Origin: Bacteroidales bacterium
Lineage (GTDB): Bacteria > Bacteroidota > Bacteroidia > Bacteroidales > UBA1715
Assembly: GCA_045600045.1 (NCBI GenBank)
Contig: JAZRXD010000044.1
Location: 5,593-69,592, forward strand
Direction: 5' to 3'
Length of the DNA: 64,000 bases
Shown here: one piece after another, positions 28,073 through 36,463 of the stretch
Layout: each line of letters opens with the position of its first letter
How positions within the stretch are numbered: position 1 is the first letter of the stretch
Program-made: the position numbers and the translations under genes
The notes under the pieces: model-generated
Told to the model about the DNA's origin: nothing
Database searches by the model: none
The model's input: only the letters and a program-made list of their open reading frames with translations

Positions 28073-28105
28073 TTGACTCGTCCCCAAGGTCATAGACTAA
28101 CTTTG
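28073..28105 (+). promoter_or_regulatory. MerR-type promoter: TTGACT-19 nt-TAACTT, overlapping a Bacteroidota TAACTTTG element
   Basis: Spacer counted as 19 nt; TAnnTTTG at 28098-28105; lies directly upstream of the MerR gene. Confidence 0.6.
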
Positions 28106-28127
28106 CCTCGAATTCAGAAATAACGTT

Positions 28128-28952
28128 ATGGAGAATAAAGGTAATAAGTTAAAAATCAAGGAGTTTTCGTTGCTCTGCGGGGTTACGGTGAAAACGTTGC
28201 GGTATTATGAAAAAATTGGTTTATTGAAACCTTGTGAAATTGATGAAAGTACGGGCTATCGGTATTATTTGGTAAAACAAATGCAGACTATGGCGAATAT
28301 TCGTACGCTCAAAGAGGTTGGCTTTTCATTGGAAGAAATTATTGATTTGTTTGAATCAGGAAGTATAAAGCCGACAATTCAGTCACTAGAACACAAAATT
28401 CGTAGCACCGAACATGAACTTGCCATACTTCAGCGTCGTTGCCAAATGCTTCGTGCAATGATTGACTCTCAAAACAAAATTAAAAACATGGAAAATATTA
28501 GTATTCAGTCTCTTCCAGAGATTATTGTCGCATCGCATCGCGAAGTTATTAAATCGTACAGCGAGATTGGTCGTCTGTGTTACGAAGTTATCGGTCCTGA
28601 AATGGCTCGTCTTGGCTGTAAATGTCCGGCGCCAGGTTATTGTTACACAATTGAGCATAACGAATATCGTCCTGAAAACATCGATATTGAGTATTGCGAA
28701 CAAGTGGAAGAAATGGGAGAGGATTCAAAAATTATTCAATTCAAGAAGATACCAGCGGTTCCCAAAGCTGTTTGTATGAAACATTATGGTAGATATGAAA
28801 AGTTGTATGATAGTTATGTGGAAATCTTCAAATATATAGAAAAGCAAGGTTTCAAGGTTTGTGGTGTGCCACGGGCAAATTATGTTGATGGTATTTGGAA
28901 TCAGGAAGATCCAGAAAAGTGGCTTACGATAATTCAAGTTCCGGTAGAATAG
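28128..28952 (+). CDS. MerR family transcriptional regulator with GyrI-like effector domain
   Basis: KIKEFSLLCGVTVKTLRYYEKIGLLKP...TGYRYY HTH, coiled coil, C-terminal HYGRY...WLTIIQVPV. Confidence 0.92.
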   Translation: MENKGNKLKIKEFSLLCGVTVKTLRYYEKIGLLKPCEIDESTGYRYYLVKQMQTMANIRTLKEVGFSLEEIIDLFESGSIKPTIQSLEHKIRSTEHELAILQRRCQMLRAMIDSQNKIKNMENISIQSLPEIIVASHREVIKSYSEIGRLCYEVIGPEMARLGCKCPAPGYCYTIEHNEYRPENIDIEYCEQVEEMGEDSKIIQFKKIPAVPKAVCMKHYGRYEKLYDSYVEIFKYIEKQGFKVCGVPRANYVDGIWNQEDPEKWLTIIQVPVE

Positions 28953-28974
28953 AAGTTGGATTGTTTGTAAATAA

Positions 28975-29005
28975 AAAAGGTCGGCTCGTTTTGAGTCGAC
29001 CTTTT
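28975..29005. terminator. Bidirectional terminator between the MerR gene and ferredoxin
   Basis: AAAAGGTCGGCTC-GTTTT-GAGTCGACCTTTT. Confidence 0.8.
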
Positions 29006-29023
29006 ATTTTTAAGAAGAGTAGA

Positions 29024-29194
29024 TTATTCTTCTGGTTTGATTGCACCAGTTGGGCAAACTTCTTCGCATGATCCGCAGTCTGTACAAGCATCTGCGTTTA
29101 CTTTGAAAATATCTCCTTCTTCGATAGCACCTGCTGGGCATTCGCCTTGGCAAGCTCCACAAGCTATACAATCTTCTGAAATTTTGTGTGCCAT
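29024..29194 (-). CDS. 2[4Fe-4S] ferredoxin (56 aa, below the ORF track cutoff)
   Basis: MAHKISEDCIACGACQGECPAGAIEEGDIFKVNADACTDCGSCEEVCPTGAIKPEE: two CxxCxxCxxxCP motifs. Confidence 0.96.
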   Translation of the reverse strand: MAHKISEDCIACGACQGECPAGAIEEGDIFKVNADACTDCGSCEEVCPTGAIKPEE

Positions 29195-29315
29195 AATGTT
29201 TAATTTTTAAATGTTTATAAATCTATATGCAATAATACAAATTTTATCGCTAAAAGCAAAGATAGATAACTCGTTTTAAGAAATAAAACTATTTATAATT
29301 TGAATAATCTACTAA

Positions 29316-31100
29316 TCACTTGTTATGCACCAATATGCCGTTGGCAAAGTACGTGTGTTTTGTGGTTGTTATATTATAAACTTCCTTATTTTCTGTCGAT
29401 ATACGTAAATCAGTTATTGTTACTGGTTGCAACGCATTGCTTTTCCCATCGTGTACATACAATATGTCGTTTTTGCGCAATTCATCGGCTCGAAGCCATT
29501 GAGATTTGCACCAAAATGGATGATTGTTCGTACATTGTATGCTTGTCCCATTCGATAGCGAAAGCGTGACAATAGGATAGGTATCCACCGTATGTTTCAT
29601 AACTCGTAACACAAGTGCCGTGTCAATCTTGTGTGTTTCGGTATCATACGCCATTATCACATCGTTTTCTTTAACATCTGCAATGCGTTTGTTTCGTAAA
29701 TCCTGTAATTCAACCAGAGTGTTTTTGTCAAAACAGGTACTGTACATTTGAATTAACGTATTAGGCAACTCTTTGTTAAATCTATCGTGATAATATTTAA
29801 GTTGATCCTGACATACAATGAGCGATTTCAGATTATTTAATTGAAAAATGCCATCGGGAAGAATTTGCATTTCTTTTTGGATACATTGACCGTAATTTCC
29901 TAAATATAAGGCATCCAGTTGTTGTAATAAATGCATATTCGATGGTAATTCGTTAAAACATTCATAAAGAGCCAATTCTTTCAAGTTTTTAAGATTTGAC
30001 AATAGTTTGATTGTTGCTTGTGGATTGGAAATCTTTGTAGAACGAATTATAATGTTTGTAAGATTTTGTAATTGCAATAATTCATTTGGCAAAGATTGAA
30101 TAGGTTGTATGTCATTTATGAAAAGTTGCGTAACATTTTTACATAAAAAAATTTCAGATGGTATATTCTTAAATCCTCGACCACTAATAGTTATGGAACG
30201 TAATCTTGGTAATTGTGTTATTTTATGAATGTGTTTATTCATTATTGATCTATAGACACTATCTTCTTCATCATTATTATTGATTGACAAAGATTCTAGA
30301 TTTATATATTGGTCAAGGTTACTGAAGATTGAATCAACTTGTGAGTAGTTTTTCTGTTTCCAACGGCAATCAATTTGTAGTTCATAGGTCGTTTCGTATG
30401 AGGAATTCTCAATTTTTCTTTCAGAAATCAAATTCCCTTGTTTGTAATATTCAACTTTTAGTGTATCGCCATTTTTGTTGATATAAACTGCATTCCCTTC
30501 AAGTTCATCGTCTTTATAATTACAAGTTACTTGTATGGTGTTGCGTCGTGTCCAATACGTAGTTTCTCCTTGTTTTAACCCATTTTTATAATGAAAAGTT
30601 CCATTTTTACCATCCAACCAATAATATGGATTGTCGTCATAAATCCAATTCGTAGTATAGTCACCATCAAGTTTATTGTGTACGTAATTGGTTTCAAGAT
30701 ATTTATGGCCATTTTTATTATATGAAATCCACGGGCCGTTCAATTCTCCGTTTTTATATACACACGATGTACGTAGTTGATGATTGTCATAGTAAGACTT
30801 CCATTCGCCAGAAAACTCGCCATTTACCACAGTACATTCCGCAGCCAATAGGGTAAAATCTGGATCGGCATAGATTTTAAATGTACCGTCTTTTTTCAGA
30901 AACGCATTTTCAACAATGGCATCCCAATAGTCAAATATGTCACCATAATGAACAACCCAACTTAAATCAGAAGGATTCAAACCATATCTTGATTTGGATA
31001 TGTCAAAATATGCGGTATCGTAAAAATTGATTTTTTTTGTTTGCCCAAAAATGTTTACGGTACAAAACAAAAATAGAATGTAGAGTAGTGCTTTTTTCAT
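29316..31100 (-). CDS. Secreted MORN-repeat/LRR protein with C-terminal Hint (intein-like) domain
   Basis: Signal peptide IFG-Q; MORN-like GEWKSYYDN, YKNGELNGPW; LRRs LPRLRSITI, LQNLTNIII, LKNLKELAL; Hint CFDKNT...TNNHPF...VYNI...FANGILVHNK-stop. Confidence 0.88.
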   Translation of the reverse strand: MKKALLYILFLFCTVNIFGQTKKINFYDTAYFDISKSRYGLNPSDLSWVVHYGDIFDYWDAIVENAFLKKDGTFKIYADPDFTLLAAECTVVNGEFSGEWKSYYDNHQLRTSCVYKNGELNGPWISYNKNGHKYLETNYVHNKLDGDYTTNWIYDDNPYYWLDGKNGTFHYKNGLKQGETTYWTRRNTIQVTCNYKDDELEGNAVYINKNGDTLKVEYYKQGNLISERKIENSSYETTYELQIDCRWKQKNYSQVDSIFSNLDQYINLESLSINNNDEEDSVYRSIMNKHIHKITQLPRLRSITISGRGFKNIPSEIFLCKNVTQLFINDIQPIQSLPNELLQLQNLTNIIIRSTKISNPQATIKLLSNLKNLKELALYECFNELPSNMHLLQQLDALYLGNYGQCIQKEMQILPDGIFQLNNLKSLIVCQDQLKYYHDRFNKELPNTLIQMYSTCFDKNTLVELQDLRNKRIADVKENDVIMAYDTETHKIDTALVLRVMKHTVDTYPIVTLSLSNGTSIQCTNNHPFWCKSQWLRADELRKNDILYVHDGKSNALQPVTITDLRISTENKEVYNITTTKHTYFANGILVHNK

Positions 31101-31147
31101 TTTTTTGTGTAGAATTACAACCTAAATGATTGAATAATAACTAAACA

Positions 31148-31171
31148 AGACGCAAGACCTCGCGTCTCTAT
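31148..31171. repeat. REP-like palindrome AGACGC-AAGACCTC-GCGTCT(CTAT)
   Basis: Shares the AGACGC/GCGTCT arms and the 8-nt centre with the hairpin at 17843. Confidence 0.45.
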
Positions 31172-31174
31172 TAA

Positions 31175-32257
31175 TTACTTTTCCTTGTATTTCTTGAATT
31201 TAAGTGCTTTCATCAACCACATTGGAAGCGGTTTCTTTGGATCGCGTCCTTTCATCGATAATGAATAGAATGGAAGAATAGGCAACTTGTATGTTTCTGT
31301 AAATTCAATTAATGTTCCACCCATATCTTCAATGTAGGCGAACATTCCAGCTGCGTCACCCATATCGAAATTGCCACCATTTAATAGTTCCAATGTGTCA
31401 ACGGTGAACGGACAACCTTTTTCTTTACATACGTTACGTAATACGTCAACTCCTTGAACATCAAAACATAAGTGAATGAATCCACGATCGCCCCAGAAAC
31501 GTCCTTCGAACATTTTCTTTGGTTCACGGTCAGTTACTTCTACAAGTTCAATTTCGCTTGGTCCGAAGATTTTACCAAATCCACCAATGCGTTCTTCTGA
31601 ATGACGAAGCAATAAACGTTTGAATGAATTTTGTCCGCCTGGTACGAAACCAAAATCATCGCAAACTTTTGATTCTGTGTTATATACTTCAATATCGTAA
31701 CCAAGAATTTCTTTGTATAAACCTTTGGCTTTTTCTATATCTGGAACGCCAATAACGGCACCAGCAGAAAGTCCAGTAATTTTTCCTTCATCTTTAAATT
31801 TGTAGGCATCAAGAATTACTTGGAAATAGTTGCCAAATGGGTCTTGTAACCAATAATATTTGTCGCCTTTGGGGTCGGTGCAAAAATCAGAAACCTTAGT
31901 TCCATCGGTTTTTGCTTTGAAAAAAGCTTGAGATTTTTCTAAATTGTCGGTGCGGATTTTTCCTGCGTAGATACCTAAATCACCTAATTGTATGTCGAAC
32001 AATGGTTTAGTTGATTCATGCGATTTGTATTGCCAAATTTCAAAACCGCCGCCACCTTGCAAACTAATTGTTAAAATAGCGTGACGACGATGAGGAACGC
32101 CACCAGTGTAACGTAACATATATTTTGCTTCGGAGTCGTCGTCAAGAATTTTTACATCGGCACCGAAATTTTCGCGGTACCATTTCCAAGCAGCGTGAAC
32201 ATCAGTTACTCCGATGCCAAGTTGCTCCATTCCGTGTATGTAATAGTTGTTTTCCAT
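31175..32257 (-). CDS. VOC (glyoxalase-like) family protein
   Basis: QLGIGV, FEIWQ, DPFGNYFQ, EIELVE, IHLCFDV, GTLIEFTE; paired VOC modules. Confidence 0.82.
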   Translation of the reverse strand: MENNYYIHGMEQLGIGVTDVHAAWKWYRENFGADVKILDDDSEAKYMLRYTGGVPHRRHAILTISLQGGGGFEIWQYKSHESTKPLFDIQLGDLGIYAGKIRTDNLEKSQAFFKAKTDGTKVSDFCTDPKGDKYYWLQDPFGNYFQVILDAYKFKDEGKITGLSAGAVIGVPDIEKAKGLYKEILGYDIEVYNTESKVCDDFGFVPGGQNSFKRLLLRHSEERIGGFGKIFGPSEIELVEVTDREPKKMFEGRFWGDRGFIHLCFDVQGVDVLRNVCKEKGCPFTVDTLELLNGGNFDMGDAAGMFAYIEDMGGTLIEFTETYKLPILPFYSLSMKGRDPKKPLPMWLMKALKFKKYKEK

Positions 32258-33070
32258 TTATGTTGGATTTATTTTAGTTGCTATTTTATGAAATAGGCGA
32301 GGGAACTTTCTGTAAATGTGAACCATAATTAGTTCGCCCTTGCCAACCAATAATTCGTGTTTTTTCTTTGCTACGCCTTTCAAAATTCGTTCGGCACAAA
32401 TGGTTGCGTCCAAACCTTTTGCTTGTCCAGGATCCATTTCTCCGTGTGGCGTTCCGTCTTTCGTAAGTGCCGACAAAGAAATGTCGGTATTGATTCGTCC
32501 TGGTGAAACAATCGTCACAGCAATGTTTTGGGAACGCATTTCAATGTCCAAAGCTTCGTAAAATCCGTAAATGGCGTGTTTGGCCGCACAGTAAGCGGAG
32601 CGTTGCGGGAAGCCGAAACAACCTGATATACTGCTTGTTACTACAATATGTCCGAATCCGTTTTGAATCATTTGCGGAAGAACAGCTTTGGTAATTATAA
32701 TAGAACTGAAATAGTCGATTTCCATAATTTTTCTATCGTTTGCGATAGGAGTTTCTATGGTAAGGGAACGTTGGCTGATGCCTCCATTGTTGACTAAAAC
32801 GTCAATTCTTCCCAATAGAGCAATTGCTTCTTTTGACTTCGCTTCAAGAGTTTCGGTTTGTTCCAAATCAAGCGGGAAGACTTTGCATTTTGCGCCGTTT
32901 TGCTTGCATTCATGGGCGACAGATTCCAATTTTTCGATTCTTCGAGCCGATAAAATGAGTGAAATACCTTCTATTTTAGAAAAAGCCAAGGCGATGTGTT
33001 TCCCTATACCGCTCGAAGCTCCAGTAATCCAGACAATTTTATTCTTGAAATATGTTGCTGTGTTTGCCAT
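32258..33070 (-). CDS. SDR family oxidoreductase
   Basis: TGASSGIG, NNGG, catalytic S...YCAAK, PGRINT. Confidence 0.93.
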   Translation of the reverse strand: MANTATYFKNKIVWITGASSGIGKHIALAFSKIEGISLILSARRIEKLESVAHECKQNGAKCKVFPLDLEQTETLEAKSKEAIALLGRIDVLVNNGGISQRSLTIETPIANDRKIMEIDYFSSIIITKAVLPQMIQNGFGHIVVTSSISGCFGFPQRSAYCAAKHAIYGFYEALDIEMRSQNIAVTIVSPGRINTDISLSALTKDGTPHGEMDPGQAKGLDATICAERILKGVAKKKHELLVGKGELIMVHIYRKFPRLFHKIATKINPT

Positions 33071-34512
33071 TAATAGTTGTTGTAAATCATTTCAAGCATT
33101 TTAGCTTGTTTTTCCTTCATTTTATAATCGCTGTCGAAAAATCCGTTTAGCATGATACAGAAAGAAACTGTTTTCCCTGATTTAGTTTCCATATAACCAG
33201 CCATATTTCTAACGCCCGACATCGAACCTGTTTTCGCATGGATTTTGTCAATCAAATTAGAATTGAACGGGAAGGAACGAAGCGTTCCTGTACGGCCTGA
33301 GGTTGGCAAACTTTTATAGAATGCAGAATTTTTTCCGCCAACGTTGTTGTATTCTTTAACCAAAAATTCAGACATGTGATTTGCGTTGATAAGGTCTGTT
33401 CTTGACAAACCGCTACCGTCGTACAAAGCTGCGCCACCGCATTTCATTCCTAATTTTTTGAAATATGACATAACGGTCAATGCACCGTCAGAGAATGTTC
33501 CTGAACCTTTTTCTGAATGTCCCAAATATTTTACTAAATGTTCAGCATAGTTGTTGCTACTGTAATAGTTCATTATTGCAACAATGTATTGAAGCTGAGG
33601 AGAATAAATCTCTTTTATAACTTTTGCATTGACATTTTTCTTGGAGATTCTATATTCATGAGTGTATTGAACGAATCCTTTTTTGAAGAAAATTTGGTGT
33701 AATTCCATGCCGAGAACATCAGGAGGAGAAGGCATTGCACTACGAACCACATATTCATTGCGGTTCGGTGGAATATAGCCGGTGATTTTCACTAATTGGT
33801 CGTCGGCATTTGAATGAAGCAACAATGTTGAATCACCAATAGTTCCGTCTTCAATTGAAACGCCAGTGTTTTCTGTGCTGTCGGTTAATTCAGGTTTTGT
33901 ACCTGTTTCTCCGGTTTTAATACTGATTTGGAAAATGTTGTCTTGATAGGAAATAGGGAATACGCCGGCAGCGTAATCTTTTCCGTAATCATCGAATAAC
34001 CAAGTTTTGGGAATAGATTCTTGTTCGTCTTTATATAATGAACAATCAATAACAACACGTCCTTTGATTTTTACGATTCCTGCATCGGAAACGGCTTTTA
34101 CGATTGTGTCGATGAAAGATTTTGTTGAAGGAAAGAATTTAGATCCTGTTGTAGGGTCGCCACCACCTTTTATTACAATGTCACCGTTTAATATTCCGTT
34201 TTTGTCGATTGATCCAGTATAGCCAATTGTTGTTTTGAATTGGAAATCGTCGCCTAAAAATGCAAGAGCTGCGGCAGATGTGTACAATTTCACAATGGAT
34301 GCCGGTGTCATGGAGTGGTCGCCGTTGTACGAAGCAATGACTTTTTCCGATTGAATGTCACGTACGCTCACCGCAACATTGGTGTAGAAGAAGTTTTTCT
34401 CATTCGTGCAATACGCATCTATTTCCTTTTGCATGGCGTTTTGAGCCAACGAAGTGAACGCACATTGAATAATCAATGTGAAGCCGAGTGCGATTTTAAT
34501 AGTGTTTCTCAT
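33070..34512 (-). CDS. dacB: D-Ala-D-Ala carboxypeptidase/endopeptidase (PBP4, peptidase S13)
   Basis: PASIVK (SxxK), GGGDPT, SNN, DGSGLSR, KTGSM. Confidence 0.93.
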   Translation of the reverse strand: MRNTIKIALGFTLIIQCAFTSLAQNAMQKEIDAYCTNEKNFFYTNVAVSVRDIQSEKVIASYNGDHSMTPASIVKLYTSAAALAFLGDDFQFKTTIGYTGSIDKNGILNGDIVIKGGGDPTTGSKFFPSTKSFIDTIVKAVSDAGIVKIKGRVVIDCSLYKDEQESIPKTWLFDDYGKDYAAGVFPISYQDNIFQISIKTGETGTKPELTDSTENTGVSIEDGTIGDSTLLLHSNADDQLVKITGYIPPNRNEYVVRSAMPSPPDVLGMELHQIFFKKGFVQYTHEYRISKKNVNAKVIKEIYSPQLQYIVAIMNYYSSNNYAEHLVKYLGHSEKGSGTFSDGALTVMSYFKKLGMKCGGAALYDGSGLSRTDLINANHMSEFLVKEYNNVGGKNSAFYKSLPTSGRTGTLRSFPFNSNLIDKIHAKTGSMSGVRNMAGYMETKSGKTVSFCIMLNGFFDSDYKMKEKQAKMLEMIYNNY

Positions 34513-34515
34513 GGA

Positions 34516-35751
34516 CTAAAAGGTATATGATAAACTATATTCAACAAAATCCGCTTGACCACAATTGGTTTGTACAAATAAACCCATTGCTAATCTTTGC
34601 GAAGCAAAAGAATTCCAAACAGGGTAGAATTTAAATCCGATTCTTGGGGCGAAAACAGCTTTGTACCAAAGCGAGCCGTCTTTTTCAAGGAAATAAGAAC
34701 GATAGAACGGATCGATTACTTTGATGCCCAAATCGGTTACGAATCCAAATCGGTTGATTAAGAATTCGTGTGCAACGTGCAACGACCAAACTGTCGATGC
34801 AAGATATTGAAAATGATTGTAATAGTCTGTTAAATGAATGAACGTGTGAAAACTTTCGTAGTAAGCTGCAGAAATGCCAAATTGTATTTCGTTAATGTTT
34901 GTGAGTGTTTTTGACACACCCGCATAGATTTTGTAAATATTGTAACTTGGACCGTCGGTCGGATACGTGGAATAGGCAAGTTCGTGACGACCTAAAGAAA
35001 TAGCGATAGATTTCTTCCAACTTGTGTCAACGCTTGGAAGATGTTTTGTTTTTGTTGTAGTTCCTTGTAATGTTCCTGGAGAATAGATAACTCCAATTTT
35101 TGCAGTTATGTCGTTCAAGCCGATATTGGGAATTGCCATATGTCCGTTTGAGAAATGTAGGAATGACGAACCTGCTTCGATTTTCCATTGTGGTAAAAAT
35201 TTAAACCACACGTCAAGACCGATTTCCGTTGCGTTTGTCAAATGGGAACCAATCAATGTGTTTTGAGTGTTGTCGAATTTATCGTAAGGTTTTGAAAACC
35301 ATGCAAATCCAGTTCCAAGTTTTATGTTCAATCCAATTGATTTTTCGTTGAACAACGAATAATTCCAAGTAGGATAGAATGCATACACGTTACCAAGAAT
35401 GTCTTTTTGACCTAAAAATCCGACAAGTCCGGTGAATCCGACTTGTGGTTTGCGATACCAATTGAAAAAACTTCCAGATTGAGTACCTGTGTTTGTGGTA
35501 AACGAGAGTTGAATATAGTTTGAACCATTTTTGTCGGGAATGTCGTTTGCTTTGATTACGGAACCGTGAAGATAGTCAAGTGAAAAATGTGGCGTAATTA
35601 ATCCTTGTTCCGAACCTTTGATTTCGTTGTTTAAATTATAATAAGTTTGAGATTGTGAAGAGTATTGCGTGCTATCGGAATTCTCACTTTGTTGAGCCAT
35701 AGTGGAAGTCGTGATAATCAATGAAATAAAAATATAAAAAGCCTTCTTCAC
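34516..35751 (-). CDS. Acyloxyacyl hydrolase / PagL-like outer-membrane beta-barrel
   Basis: HFSNGHMAIPNIGLN matches the PagL-type HxSN motif; NTLIGSHL; C-terminal YTF. Probable GTG start at 35751 followed by a signal peptide. Confidence 0.72.
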   Translation of the reverse strand: MKKAFYIFISLIITTSTMAQQSENSDSTQYSSQSQTYYNLNNEIKGSEQGLITPHFSLDYLHGSVIKANDIPDKNGSNYIQLSFTTNTGTQSGSFFNWYRKPQVGFTGLVGFLGQKDILGNVYAFYPTWNYSLFNEKSIGLNIKLGTGFAWFSKPYDKFDNTQNTLIGSHLTNATEIGLDVWFKFLPQWKIEAGSSFLHFSNGHMAIPNIGLNDITAKIGVIYSPGTLQGTTTKTKHLPSVDTSWKKSIAISLGRHELAYSTYPTDGPSYNIYKIYAGVSKTLTNINEIQFGISAAYYESFHTFIHLTDYYNHFQYLASTVWSLHVAHEFLINRFGFVTDLGIKVIDPFYRSYFLEKDGSLWYKAVFAPRIGFKFYPVWNSFASQRLAMGLFVQTNCGQADFVEYSLSYTF

Positions 35752-35826
35752 TTTGTTAAAATTTTGGCTAATATACAGAAAAAAATCCAACCCTAAACGA
35801 TAATATTTCAACGTATTATACACAAA

Positions 35827-36450
35827 TTAGAATTGTTCGGGGAAACGCATTTTTAGATAGCTGATAATGAATTCGATGGTTTTCTCTTCGCCTAATTTTG
35901 ATACGTCTATCGATAGATTGTAGGTTGCTGAATTTCCCCAAATCTTGTTTGAATAAAAATTGTAGTAGGCTGCACGCTTTTTATCTTCCATAATTATTTT
36001 TTCTATCGCTTCGTTTTGGGAAATATTCAAGCCTTCGCAGATACGTTTGATTCGCTCTTCTTCCGATGAGTGGAGGAAAATGCTGACGCAGTTTGGATTG
36101 TTCCTCAAAATGTAATCGGAACAACGTCCGACAATTATGCAGGATTTTTCCGCTGCTAATTTTTCTATTGTGTCGGCTTGCATTTTGAAAAGCGAATCGG
36201 CCGAAAGTACGCTGCCTTGTTCTGCGTTCGATATGTTGTTTTCGAACCATTGAATTGCTTTTTCAAATATGTTCATGGAACGCTCGTCGTTTGTTTCGAA
36301 AAACTCGGGGGCTATGCCGTTTTCTTTAGCTGCCAAAATCATTAATTCTTTGTCGAAGTAATCGAAACCTAGACGTTTGGAAAGTGCCATACCTATGGAA
36401 CGGCCGCCACTTCCGTATTGTCTTCCGATGCTGATTATAATGTTTTCCAT
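35827..36450 (-). CDS. Cytidylate kinase-like family protein
   Basis: ISIGRQYGSGG, IVGRCSDYIL, DKKRAAYYNFY. Confidence 0.88.
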   Translation of the reverse strand: MENIIISIGRQYGSGGRSIGMALSKRLGFDYFDKELMILAAKENGIAPEFFETNDERSMNIFEKAIQWFENNISNAEQGSVLSADSLFKMQADTIEKLAAEKSCIIVGRCSDYILRNNPNCVSIFLHSSEEERIKRICEGLNISQNEAIEKIIMEDKKRAAYYNFYSNKIWGNSATYNLSIDVSKLGEEKTIEFIISYLKMRFPEQF

Positions 36451-36463
36451 AGCTCTTAATGTT

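Noticed and set aside
29316-29735. Hint domain as a mobile intein or polymorphic toxin
   Set aside because: No homing endonuclease, no +1 Cys/Ser/Thr, no downstream toxin and no immunity gene.
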